Part shown: positions 43,316 through 56,999 of the stretch, piece after piece
Layout of the letters: each line of letters begins with the position of its first letter
How positions within the stretch are numbered: the first letter of the stretch is position 1
Source of the DNA: Thermoplasmata archaeon
GTDB lineage: Archaea; Thermoplasmatota; SW-10-69-26; JACQPN01; JAJPHT01
DNA length: 64,000 nt
NCBI GenBank assembly: GCA_034667685.1
Contig: JAXDQU010000089.1
Coordinates: forward strand, 21,072 to 85,071
Reading direction: 5' to 3'
Translations under genes and position numbers: made by a program
The notes under the pieces: generated by a model
Told to the model about the DNA's origin: nothing
What the model saw: only the letters and a program-made list of their open reading frames with translations
The model's database searches: none

Positions 43316-45016
43316 ATGCGCGTCCTCCCCTTCGCGATCGTCCTCGTCCTCTTCGCGACCGCCGTCGTCCCCGCCATCCCCCGCGCCTGGGCGGCCGGCG
43401 GCGAGCGCTACGCCGTCTCCGGCGTGGTCCTGTCGGACGCCGGCGAGCCGCTGGCGAAGGCGCAGGTGAGCGCCTACGTCTCCGCCGACGGCTACGGGGC
43501 CAACGACCAGACCGTGACCGACGAGACGGGCGCCTACACGCTCTCGCTCCCGGCGGGGCAAGGGAACGTCAACGTCTACTACGCGCCCTGGCGCGCATCC
43601 GCCGGGCGCGACGTCACGGTCTCGGCCAACCTGACCGGCGTCGACTTCAAGCTCGTCACGCCGCCCCCCAAGACGGCCATCGTCGAGGGGCGCGTGCTCG
43701 GCCCCGACGGCGCGCCCGTCGAAGGCGCGACCGTGTCGCTGGGCTACGCGTGCTGCATCGCGTACGCCACGGCCACGCCGGCGCCCACCACCGCGGAGAG
43801 CGACAGCGCGAGCAGCGGCACGACCTCGGCGATGCCGATCCGCGCGCCCGGCCCCTACTATGGCGACTTCCCCGACCCCGTGACCACCGGCGCGGACGGC
43901 GCGTACCGCTTCGCCACCTACGGCGGAAGCTATCAGATGACCGCGTGGGCCAAGGGCTTCGCGCAGACGACGCAGACCGTCGAGGCCAAGGACAACGAGA
44001 CCGTGAAGCAGGACGTCAAGCTGGAGCGCGTGCCGGCCGCCGATGCGATCGTCGAGGGCAAGGTCGTCGACGCCAGGACGGGCCTGCCCGTCGCCAACGC
44101 GCAGGTCTACGTCTCCAACCTCGCCTGGAGCCGCAGCAACTTCACGACCACCGACGAGAAGGGCGCGTTCCGCGTCGCCACGCTGCCGGGCTGGTCGCAG
44201 ATCACCATCAGCGCCGAGGCCAACCGCCTCGTGCCCGAGCCGATGGCGACGGACGACAAGATCGTCGCGCGCCCCCTCCCCGCGCCCGGCGGCGAGGCCG
44301 GCCCCGCCTACTATCAGTATCAGCACGCGCTGAGCCTCGTCCCGGGCTCCAACCCGGTCGACGTGAAGCTCGCGCCCAAGCCCGCGCCCAGCGTGGCGCT
44401 CGTGGGCTACGTCGTGGACCACGACGCGAAGACCGGCGTGGCCAGCGCGTGGGTCAACGTCTGGAACCAGGACGCGGGCGAGTGGGGCAACGCGCAGACC
44501 GACGCGACGGGCTCCTACAAGATCCTCGTGCGCCCCGGCCACTACACGATCAACGCCTACGCCGACGGCTACCTCGGCGGCGCCGAGTCGTTCGTCCTCG
44601 GCGCGGACCCGAGCCAGGCGCGGCAGGACGTCCAGGTCGTCAAGGGCGCGCCGCGCTACGCCCCCTGCGACGAAGGGTGCGGCGGGCCCATCATGTACGA
44701 GAAGGGCATCGCCGCCTCGTCCGCCCCGGACGCCGCGCCCGCCACGGCCCCGACGGCCGCGTCCCCCTCGCCGGCCTCGGCGCGCGACGCCGCGAGCGCC
44801 GCGCCCACCGCGGGCGGCGCGTCGGGCGCGTCGAGCTCGGGCGCGCAGGCCTACAGCGGCACCGGCGGCGGCCTCCCGCCCTACAGCGAGAGCGCGGCGG
44901 GCACGCCCACGCCCACCGGCGAGGCGGGCGCCACGAAGCCCGCGCCCGGCCCCGCGCTGGCGCTCCTCGTGGGCGCGGTCGCCTTGGCGGCCCTCGCCGC
45001 GCGTCGGCGCCGCTAG
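43316..45016 (+). CDS. Cell-surface protein with carboxypeptidase-regulatory-like (beta-sandwich) repeats and an archaeosortase-type C-terminal anchor
   Basis: Signal peptide, four repeats of GxVxxxxGxPxxxAxV...TDxxGxY, Ala/Ser/Pro-rich linker, and PGPALALLVGAVALAALAARRRR. Confidence 0.8.
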   Translation: MRVLPFAIVLVLFATAVVPAIPRAWAAGGERYAVSGVVLSDAGEPLAKAQVSAYVSADGYGANDQTVTDETGAYTLSLPAGQGNVNVYYAPWRASAGRDVTVSANLTGVDFKLVTPPPKTAIVEGRVLGPDGAPVEGATVSLGYACCIAYATATPAPTTAESDSASSGTTSAMPIRAPGPYYGDFPDPVTTGADGAYRFATYGGSYQMTAWAKGFAQTTQTVEAKDNETVKQDVKLERVPAADAIVEGKVVDARTGLPVANAQVYVSNLAWSRSNFTTTDEKGAFRVATLPGWSQITISAEANRLVPEPMATDDKIVARPLPAPGGEAGPAYYQYQHALSLVPGSNPVDVKLAPKPAPSVALVGYVVDHDAKTGVASAWVNVWNQDAGEWGNAQTDATGSYKILVRPGHYTINAYADGYLGGAESFVLGADPSQARQDVQVVKGAPRYAPCDEGCGGPIMYEKGIAASSAPDAAPATAPTAASPSPASARDAASAAPTAGGASGASSSGAQAYSGTGGGLPPYSESAAGTPTPTGEAGATKPAPGPALALLVGAVALAALAARRRR

Positions 45017-45180
45017 GAGCCTATCCCGAAACCTGCGCGGCAGGCGAGGCCGACGAGGCGGGGGTGGATGCGAGGCGCGCGATCCCGAAGGAATCGCAGC
45101 GCGCTTTCGAGGCGTCGCGCAACGAAGCAGACGCCCCCGCATCGTCGGCCGCAGCCCCGCGCAGGTTTCGGGATAGGCTC
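45017..45180. mobile_element. MITE-like element, 164 bp, with perfect 24-bp terminal inverted repeats
   Basis: GAGCCTATCCCGAAACCTGCGCGG ... CCGCGCAGGTTTCGGGATAGGCTC, starting right after a TAG stop, with no coding capacity. Confidence 0.65.
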
Positions 45181-45355
45181 CAAGCCGAAAAATCAAGCAA
45201 GGCTCATACGAGGATCCCGCGCTGATTCCGCCAGATGGGATGCACCAGCGAAGCCAGGTTCAGCGTGCGGGGAGCCTTGCTCCTGCGCGAGGAACGGACG
45301 TACCAACGAGGCCATTTGGCGACCGAGACGCTGGTCGTGGAGCGCCTGCCCTGAT

Positions 45356-45673
45356 CTAGGGAAGAACGGGCGGCCCCTGCGTCGGGTCGGGGACCTGCTG
45401 GCCCACCGACTGCGTCGTGGAGCCCACGAGCGTCGAGAAGACATTGGGCACGCATTGCGCCGGGTCGATCATCACGGCGTAGGATCGGCCGCCGTCCACG
45501 TACTCCGTGACGACGAAGCCGACCTCGCTGTCCAGCGACGGGGTGACGCCGGTCTGGCCGTCGGGCGGGGCCGAGTCCACGTTGACGCACTGCGCCGGCG
45601 AGGCGCCCGCGAGGGGCGCGACGGACACGCCCAGGATCATCAGGATGAGCGCGGCGCGCGCGAGAGCAGACAG
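45356..45673 (-). CDS. Small secreted protein (2 Cys), divergent from the membrane regulator
   Basis: LSALARAALILMILGVSVAPLAGA leader. GGAGG lies 7 nt before a CTG at 45673, so the start is uncertain (an ATG lies at 45640). Confidence 0.5.
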   Translation of the reverse strand: MSALARAALILMILGVSVAPLAGASPAQCVNVDSAPPDGQTGVTPSLDSEVGFVVTEYVDGGRSYAVMIDPAQCVPNVFSTLVGSTTQSVGQQVPDPTQGPPVLP

Positions 45674-45814
45674 GAGATGGCCTCCGGACCCGGAGCCCTG
45701 TGCCGAAATGATAAGGCTTGTCGTGGGGGCGTTCGCCGGCGCGGAAGGGATCGGCCGCGACCGAAGACCTTGGACGACAAAGCTTATGGCGGCCTCCACG
45801 GAAGTCGGCGCGTC

Positions 45815-47431
45815 ATGGCCGCGCTCCGCCTCGCGCTCAGCGTGATCCTCCTCGTGCTCGTCCTCCCGCTCGCGGCGGCGGCTCCGGCGAGCGGCGCGCT
45901 CGACGTGGGCGGGCCGATGCGGTTCGCGGGCAACCTCGCGGCCGACGCCGGGACGGCGGCGCTCTTCTGGAACGGGACGGCGCCCCCCGACCTCCAACTG
46001 CAGGGCAGCGCCCTCCACATCGAGCGCTCCGGCACGAGCGAGACCGTCGGGAAGACCCCCCTGGGGCCCGGCGTGAGCCTCAGCTCGCGCGACGTCGACG
46101 AGACCGCGGACGTGGCCGCCGGGCGCCTGACGCTCTCGCCGGGCGCGGGGGCGCAGGTCGTCGGTCTCGGCGTGCAGGGGATGGCGCGCCTGGAGGCCAC
46201 CGACGCGACGCTGCGCGGCGTCAGCGCCGCCCCGCTGATCACCCTGGACGCGCAGCTCCAGCACCAGGCCGCGCACTGCTCGGCGACCCGCTGCCTCGCG
46301 GGCCTCGGCTCCTACGAGGTCGCGGGCGCGCGAGACGCGGGCATCGTCTCGGGCACGGTCACGCTCTTCCTGCGCGGCCCGGTCCTCCAGGTCACGGACG
46401 ACCAGGGCGCCACCACGACCTACGCCTCGGGCCACACCGAGCAGTCCAACGGCGCGACGACGCAGGTCGACGACACGTGGGTCGTCGTCACGATCCAGAA
46501 GGCCACCGGCGGGTTCTCGCGCGCGAGCACGCAGGCCGCGTACCTCGACGCGCCGCACGTCACGGGCGCCGCCGTGAGCATGCCGGTCGCCACGGGCAAC
46601 CTGCGCGTCGGCGGCAGGTCGTACAACGCGCAAGGCGAGGCCATCGAGGCCGCCGGCGCGCTCCGCCTCACCCTCGCGAGCCTGACGCGGCCCACGTCCC
46701 TGCCCGACGACGACCGCGTCGTCTACGCCGACGGGTTCCACGCGGACGTCGCCGGCGACGTCGCCACGATCAACCTCCACGAGGCGCCCGTGCTCTCGCA
46801 GGCGCCGGCCGAGGCCGCGGGGCTTGCCGCGCTGGGCGTGGCCGCGGCCGCCGCGGTCGCCTACTACTGGCCCCTCCTCGCGTTCCACGCGGCCGCGCTG
46901 GCGGCGCCGCTCTACACGCGCCTGCGCCAGCCCGAGATCCTCGACAACGGCGTGCGCAACCGGATCTATGATATCATCTGCGCGAACCCCGGCATCAGCG
47001 CGCGCGCCGTGCACCGCGAGAGCGCGCAGAGCTGGGGCACCGTCGTCTATCACCTTCGCCAGCTCGAGCGGCACCACCTCGTCGTCTCGCGCACGCTGGG
47101 CCGGACGCGCAACTACTACGAGAACCACGGCAAGTACCGCGGCATGGAGGTCCAGCTCGCCTGCCTCCAGGCGCCGCGCGCGCTGGCCCTGGCGCGCGTC
47201 GTGCTGGAGCACCCCGGCGTCACGCAGGAGGAGCTCGTGGCGGCCTCCGGCTTCCCGCAGCCCACCACCTCGTACTACGTCCGCAAGCTGCGCAAGGCGG
47301 GGCTCGTGGACGAGGCGCGGGAGGGGCGCTACGTGCGCTACCTGCCCGCCGCGGACCTCGCGCGCTTCGTGGAGACCGCGGAATCGGGCCTCGCCGTGGG
47401 CGCGCCCCACGCGCCCGGGGTCAACGCCTGA
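45815..47431 (+). CDS. Membrane-anchored regulator: signal peptide, large ectodomain, TM, two winged-HTH domains
   Basis: MAALRLALSVILLVLVLPLAAA, PLYTRL...ILDNGVRNRIYDIICANPGI...WGTVVYHLRQLE, second HTH HPGVTQEEL...TTSYYVRKL. Confidence 0.82.
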   Translation: MAALRLALSVILLVLVLPLAAAAPASGALDVGGPMRFAGNLAADAGTAALFWNGTAPPDLQLQGSALHIERSGTSETVGKTPLGPGVSLSSRDVDETADVAAGRLTLSPGAGAQVVGLGVQGMARLEATDATLRGVSAAPLITLDAQLQHQAAHCSATRCLAGLGSYEVAGARDAGIVSGTVTLFLRGPVLQVTDDQGATTTYASGHTEQSNGATTQVDDTWVVVTIQKATGGFSRASTQAAYLDAPHVTGAAVSMPVATGNLRVGGRSYNAQGEAIEAAGALRLTLASLTRPTSLPDDDRVVYADGFHADVAGDVATINLHEAPVLSQAPAEAAGLAALGVAAAAAVAYYWPLLAFHAAALAAPLYTRLRQPEILDNGVRNRIYDIICANPGISARAVHRESAQSWGTVVYHLRQLERHHLVVSRTLGRTRNYYENHGKYRGMEVQLACLQAPRALALARVVLEHPGVTQEELVAASGFPQPTTSYYVRKLRKAGLVDEAREGRYVRYLPAADLARFVETAESGLAVGAPHAPGVNA

Positions 47432-47442
47432 GCCGCCCCGAC

Positions 47443-47658
47443 AAAACCATGAAATAGGGGATGTTGCTTGAGGGGGCACCGCGCCCGGAAAGCTGGGCGC
47501 TGTCGGGCATCGAACCCGACCTCTGGCGGCCCGGCCGCCATGCGACCGTGGCGCACGAAACCTACATATGGGGGATGTGCGTACAGGGGCTGCCCGCTCC
47601 GGCATCTGTCCGGCGCGCGGGCGCGACCTGTGTGCGCGAAACCTTGAAATAGGGGGCG
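47443..47658 (+). promoter_or_regulatory. Three tandem BRE/TATA-like promoter motifs upstream of the rRNA operon
   Basis: AAAACCATGAAATAGGGG (47443), GAAACCTACATATGGGGG (47557), GAAACCTTGAAATAGGGGG (47638). Confidence 0.6.
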
Positions 47659-48100
47659 TGCATTCGTCGCCACCTCGCCCACCTGGGCGAGAAGCGCTGC
47701 AAAGCGCGATCACGGACCTTCGGTCCGCTGCAATCCGGATCCTTGGGCCCACCGGGCTCAACGAGGATTCAAATACGAGAACCGCGTTCTCGCCCGAGCC
47801 GTTCGGACCCTGTGCGGGGCCGATTGGCACCATGGACGCTGACGCGCCGAGCGGCTTGTCAAAGCTGCGTTGACAGCGTAGATCCAATCCGTGGGACAGC
47901 GAGTCGCTGACTCGATAGCATTCATGTGAAGCTGGGAGAAACCCGATTCCCCGCGCTTCGGCGCGCCGGAAACGTGACCTCTCACAGCTGAGATTCGAGC
48001 CAAGTTGCTACGTGCACAGACCCTAATAGCAGCTCTCGCACAACGCGAGAAGCATTGCAAGGACATAGGAGCGGACAAGTTCCCGCCCTGCGCACACGTG

Positions 48101-48134
48101 CGCAGATGGATGGTGAAACTTGCTTCACTCCGCC
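48101..48134 (+). other. 5' arm of the 16S processing stem with a bulge-helix-bulge motif
   Basis: cgcagatggat-GGTG-AAA-cttgcttcactccg pairs with cggagtgaagcaag-CACC-TAA-gtccatctgcg at 49662-49693. Confidence 0.8.
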
Positions 48135-48135
48135 A

Positions 48136-49603
<1,468 letters not shown>

Positions 49604-49758
49604 ACACAAAACAAAACCTTGCGCTTGGCCTGCTGGACGCTGTCCAGTGGGAGAGCGTTGACGGAGTGAAGCAAGCACCTAAGTCCATCTGCGTTCGATG
49701 GCAACTGGCTCGAATCATTCAAATATGCGAGCACGCATCGCCGCGCCCCGGTCCACCG

Positions 49759-49830
49759 GGGCGCGTAGATCAGCGGTAGATCGCTCCCCTTGCAAGGGAG
49801 AGGCCGTGGGTTCAAATCCCACCGCGTCCA
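49759..49830 (+). tRNA. tRNA-Ala (TGC), CCA not encoded
   Basis: Acceptor GGGCGCG/CGCGTCC with G3:U70, anticodon arm CTCCC-CTTGCAA-GGGAG, T arm GTGGG-TTCAAAT-CCCAC. Confidence 0.95.
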
Positions 49831-50089
49831 TCGGCCGAAATCGGCCGAGGCCACGGTGTCTCTGCAACGATTTGCAGATCCCACCGCGTCCACCTGCGAG
49901 GCGGTGTAGAACCGCGCGCTCGCTTCAAGTTCAATCCCGCCCTCGAGGCGGTTCACGATTGAATCCCGCCGGCTCTTGCCAAGAGCCAGCTGGAACGGCC
50001 CAGGAAGTAAGACGGGTTCTTCGACCCGCGTTCCGATGACGGTCGGACGCATACGCAACCTGGACGCAAGTTGAGTTACACGTCTAGTA

Positions 50090-53009
<2,920 letters not shown>

Positions 53010-53108
53010 ATTCGACGTGTAACTCGACCCTCAAACAGGTTGCGTATGCAGATCACAAACGCAGAATGCGTTGAACGCAGTCTGCCTTCCCAGGAAAAGG
53101 GAAGGTGG

Positions 53109-53229
53109 TTTGACGGCCATAGCGACGGGGTCCACCCGGTCCCATTCCGAACCCGGAAGTTAAGCCCGTCCGCGTATTCGTCGTGTACTGGAGTGGGAGA
53201 CCCTCCGGGAAAGCGAGTACGCTGTCACC
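53109..53229 (+). rRNA. rrf: 5S rRNA (ends approximate)
   Basis: TGACGGCCATAGC...CCCATTCCGAACCCGGAAGTTAAGCCC...GCTGTCA. Confidence 0.93.
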
Positions 53230-53538
53230 CACCTTCCCCTTCCATCTCATCTTCTTCTGCCCGAGCTTCGAGCTCGCGCCGCCTTCGCTCCCCTCCGCGA
53301 TCCGCCGCCCGGCCTCCGCTGGGAGGACGTCGAGGCGAGTCTCGCCCCGGGCGAGGCCGTGGCGCATGACCGGGCCAAGAGACGGGCGCCACGGTGAGCC
53401 CCTCGACGTCGTCCTCCTCGGGTGGGCGGACGATGCCGCCGTGGCCGCGTGACGTTCGCCGATGCGGGCGCTCACGAGCCGTTTGCCTCCTCGTCCCCCC
53501 TGGCGTAGGCTCAAGCCTCCGCGCGACGTGCCGCCCCT

Positions 53539-54012
53539 GTGGCCGAGCTGCAAGTGGGTGACAAGGCGCCCGACTTCACGCTGCCCGACGACAAGGGCGA
53601 GCCCGTCAAGCTCTCGCAGTTCCGCGGGCAGCCGGTCGTGCTCTACTTCTATCCCGAGGACGACACGCCAGGTTGCACGGTGCAGGCGTGCGGGTTCCGC
53701 GATGACATCCGCGCGTTCGAGGAGCTCGACGCGGTGGTCATCGGCGTGAGCCCCGATCCTCCCGAGTCGCACGCGCGATTCCGCGCGAAGTTCCGCCTCC
53801 CTTTCATCCTCTTGGCGGATCCGCAGCGCAAGGCGATCGAGCGCTATGGCGCGTGGGGCGAGAAGAGCATGATGGGGAACCAGTTCGTCGGCCTCATCCG
53901 CAGCACGATCGTGATATCGCCCGAGGGGCGCATCGCCGGCGTGTTCCGCAACGTGCGGACCGAAGGGCATTCGCAGCGCATGCTCGAGCAGGTCCGCAAG
54001 CTCGTGGCCTGA
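53539..54012 (+). CDS. bcp: Peroxiredoxin BCP/PrxQ
   Basis: [33 protein letters not shown]. Confidence 0.92.
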   Translation: MAELQVGDKAPDFTLPDDKGEPVKLSQFRGQPVVLYFYPEDDTPGCTVQACGFRDDIRAFEELDAVVIGVSPDPPESHARFRAKFRLPFILLADPQRKAIERYGAWGEKSMMGNQFVGLIRSTIVISPEGRIAGVFRNVRTEGHSQRMLEQVRKLVA

Positions 54013-54459
54013 TCAGGCCCGCAGCTCCAGGATGAACGCGTGCGCGCCTTGGAGGATCCGGCGCGGCCCCTCGAACGACACGCGCGCGAGCGCCTGCGCG
54101 TAGGGGAGCCATGCGTAGCCCGAGTGCTCGTGGCTGATCTTGACCTCGCGCGTCTGCGCTTCGATCAGGTAGAAGCGGACGTCCTTCTCCACGAGCGTGT
54201 GCCCGCGGCGGAAGCGGTAGTCCGTGTCGTCCTCGAAGCCCGCGATGAGGCGCTGCTTGTCGATCGGGATGCCCGTCTCCTCGGCGACCTCGCGCTGCGC
54301 GGCCTGGACGTCGCTCTCGCCCGCCTCGACGTGCCCCTTGGGAAAGCCCCAGTTTCCGCCGCCGTAGCGGAGGAGCAGGTACTCGGGCCCGTCGGGCGTC
54401 GTCGCGTAGACGACGGCCCCCGCCGAGCGCTCCTTCACCCGCTTCCTCGGAGGCGACAT
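54013..54459 (-). CDS. Nudix hydrolase, Ap4A hydrolase-like
   Basis: SAGAVV, WGFPKGHVEAGESDVQAAQREVAEETG Nudix box, ISHEH. Confidence 0.9.
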   Translation of the reverse strand: MSPPRKRVKERSAGAVVYATTPDGPEYLLLRYGGGNWGFPKGHVEAGESDVQAAQREVAEETGIPIDKQRLIAGFEDDTDYRFRRGHTLVEKDVRFYLIEAQTREVKISHEHSGYAWLPYAQALARVSFEGPRRILQGAHAFILELRA

Positions 54460-54511
54460 GGCTGACCCTGAGCCATGGGGGGGACCCTACAAAGCCCCTT
54501 TGTTCTCCGCT

Positions 54512-55750
54512 TCAGAGCCCCTTCCACTTCGCCGCGCGCGCGACGCGCTCCACCGCCACCGCGTACGCCGCGGTGCGCATGTGCACGCCGTACTTCTTCG
54601 ACGCGTCGTGCACGTCGTGGAAGCTCTTCACCATGCGCTCCTCGAGGCGGTCCTGCACGAGCTTGAGGCTCCACGGGTATTCCGTCTTGGCCTGGAGCTG
54701 CTCGAACCAGCTCACGGTGACGCCGCCGGCGTTCGCGAGGATGTCGGGGATGACGAACGTGCCGTTCTTGAAGAGGATCTCGTCGGCCTCGGGGAGCGTG
54801 GGCCCGTTGGCGGCCTCGGCGACGATCTTCGCCTTGACCTTCGCCGCGTTGTCCTTCGTGATCTGGCCTTCGAGCGCGGCGGGCACGAGCAGCGTCACGT
54901 CGAGCGTGAGCAGCTCCTCGTTGGTGATCTCCTTCCCGTTGCCGAAGCCCGCGACCTTGCCCGTCTTCTCCTTGTGCTCGACGAGCTTCTTGACGTCGAA
55001 GCCGTTGGGGTTGTAGAGGCCGCCGTGCGAGTCGGAGACCGCGACGACCTTGCTCCCCGGCAGGAACTCCTGCGCGAGGACCGCGACGAAGCTGCCCGCG
55101 TTGCCGAAGCCCTGGATGGCGATGGTCGCGCCGTTCGTCTGGAGGCCCTTCGCCTTGAACGCCTCGCGCGTGGCGATCATGCAGCCGCGCGCGGTGGCCG
55201 TGTCGCGTCCGAGCGAGCCGCCGATCTCGACGGGCTTGCCGGTGATGACGCCGGGCTCGTGGCGGCCGGTCTGGCGGTTGTACTCGTCGAGGAACCACGC
55301 CATCGTCTGCGAGTTGGTGTAGACGTCGGGCGCGGGCACGTCGGTCTCCGGGCCGACCACGAGCGAGATCGCGCGCGCGTAGCCGCGCGTGAGGCGTTCG
55401 AGCTCGCCCTGCGACATCGACTTGGGGTCGCAGATGATGCCGCCCTTGCCGCCGCCCAGGGGCAGGTCCATGACGGCCGTCTTCCACGTCATCCACGCCG
55501 AGAGCGCGACGACCTCGTCCTCGCTGACCTGCGGGTGATAGCGGATGCCGCCCTTGTAGGGGCCGCGCGCGTCCTGGTACTGCGAGCGGAAGCCCTGGAA
55601 GACCTTGATCTCGCCGCTGTCCATGCGCACGGGGATCGAGACCTTCAGCACGCGCTTGGGGCTCTTGAGCACGGCGCGCGCGCCCGCGTCGAGCTTGATC
55701 ACGTCGGCGGCGATGTCGAACTGCCAGTTGGCGACTTCGCGGGGGTTCAT
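54512..55750 (-). CDS. gdhA: Glutamate dehydrogenase
   Basis: GPYKGGIRYHP, MTWKTA, GGGKGG, DVPAPD, QGFGNAG, EAANGP, PDILANAGGV. Confidence 0.95.
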   Translation of the reverse strand: MNPREVANWQFDIAADVIKLDAGARAVLKSPKRVLKVSIPVRMDSGEIKVFQGFRSQYQDARGPYKGGIRYHPQVSEDEVVALSAWMTWKTAVMDLPLGGGKGGIICDPKSMSQGELERLTRGYARAISLVVGPETDVPAPDVYTNSQTMAWFLDEYNRQTGRHEPGVITGKPVEIGGSLGRDTATARGCMIATREAFKAKGLQTNGATIAIQGFGNAGSFVAVLAQEFLPGSKVVAVSDSHGGLYNPNGFDVKKLVEHKEKTGKVAGFGNGKEITNEELLTLDVTLLVPAALEGQITKDNAAKVKAKIVAEAANGPTLPEADEILFKNGTFVIPDILANAGGVTVSWFEQLQAKTEYPWSLKLVQDRLEERMVKSFHDVHDASKKYGVHMRTAAYAVAVERVARAAKWKGL

Positions 55751-55865
55751 GGTCTCGCGCAGCGAAGGGGAACGATCGGCATAACGCTGTTGGCTCGCGG
55801 AGCGCGGGCGAACCCCGCGCGGAAGGTTGAAGTGGGGTCCGCGGGGTGCAGCCGCGGTAGGCGCC

Positions 55866-56177
55866 ATGTCCCCGGACGGCCACGAGCAGGATCTCTCGCA
55901 GTACTACGCGCAGCGCAACGTGGAGGCCATCATCCTCCTCAAGGTGGACACGCAGCGCGCCGACGAGATCGCCAACCACCTCACGCGCCTCCCCGAGATC
56001 CGCCACTCCTACCTGGTGACGGGCGAGGACGACATCGTCATCAAGGCGCAGTTCGGCTCCTACAAGGACCTGAAGAACTTCATCATCAAGACCCTCGCGC
56101 CGTTGGAGGGCATCATCGACACCAAGACGATGATGGTCGTCACGACCTACAAGGAGAACGGCAAGATCATCGAGTGA
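55866..56177 (+). CDS. Stand-alone Lrp/AsnC ligand-binding domain protein
   Basis: AIILLKV...YLVTGEDDIVIK...GIIDTKT, divergent from gdhA. Confidence 0.8.
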   Translation: MSPDGHEQDLSQYYAQRNVEAIILLKVDTQRADEIANHLTRLPEIRHSYLVTGEDDIVIKAQFGSYKDLKNFIIKTLAPLEGIIDTKTMMVVTTYKENGKIIE

Positions 56178-56275
56178 GCGAAGCGAGCTCGATGAGCGCG
56201 GCAAGATCATCGAGTGCTCGCGCCCACCGACGATCCAGCCACGAGCCTGATGGCCGCTCCTTCCCATCTTCTGGC

Positions 56276-56776
56276 GTGGCCGAACCGACTGCTCCACTTC
56301 CCCCCGCCGCGCCGCCCGAGGCGCAGCACGCGGCCGAAGTCGTCGAGCACGTGAAGGAGGCGCCCGCGGAGGCGAAGCAGGCCATCGCGATCGACCAGAA
56401 GCTCCTCATGAGCGAGGTGCAGATGCTCCTGGCCGAGAAGCGCACGGCGTACGCGCTCCTGCGCACGGGCGTGACGGTCTCGCTCGTCCCGCTCTCCATC
56501 TGGACGGTCCTCGTCGCCACGAGCCGGCTCTACAACGTCTTCGACATCCTCTGGCTCCTCGTGCCTGTGATGGTCCTGGCGGTCGGGCTCTTCCTGCTGG
56601 GCATGTGGCTCGTCTACCACGCGCTCGCGCACGTGCGCCACATCGAGAACGTGATGCTCGGCCTGCGCAAGAGCGACACTATGCTGGAGACGCTGCTCTT
56701 CCGCGAGGCCGGGTTCCGCTACCTGCCCAGCTTCCGCGTGCTCCGCCGCTTCCGCCGCACCAAAGGCGCGTCGTAG
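56276..56776 (+). CDS. DUF202-like membrane protein
   Basis: LAEKRTAYALLRTG followed by 2 TMs. An alternative GTG start lies at 56174. Confidence 0.65.
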   Translation: MAEPTAPLPPAAPPEAQHAAEVVEHVKEAPAEAKQAIAIDQKLLMSEVQMLLAEKRTAYALLRTGVTVSLVPLSIWTVLVATSRLYNVFDILWLLVPVMVLAVGLFLLGMWLVYHALAHVRHIENVMLGLRKSDTMLETLLFREAGFRYLPSFRVLRRFRRTKGAS

Positions 56777-56780
56777 GGGC

Positions 56781-56999
56781 TCAGCCGGCGCCGCCGCCGA
56801 AGAACCCGAACTGCAGCAGGACCAGCGCGAGGATCGAGAGCGCCAGGAGGCCGTACATGAAGAAGGCCGTCCGCTTCCGCCGCTTCTGGAGGTCCGCGTA
56901 GTCGGCCTCGCACGTCGGGCTGCACGTCTTGTCGCCGAAGGGCACGGCGCGCGAGCAGACGACGCAGTGCGCGTGGTTGGGGATCTGGATGGTGCTCAC
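56781..56999 (-). CDS. DUF2116-like Zn-ribbon membrane protein
   Basis: HAHCVVCSRAVP...TCSPTC plus a C-terminal TM, coupled to pyrH. Confidence 0.8.
   Translation of the reverse strand: MSTIQIPNHAHCVVCSRAVPFGDKTCSPTCEADYADLQKRRKRTAFFMYGLLALSILALVLLQFGFFGGGAG

Noticed and set aside
53366-53452. Short ORF MTGPRDGRHGEPLDVVLLGWADDAAVAA after the 5S gene
   Set aside because: It is too short, with no RBS or recognisable motif.
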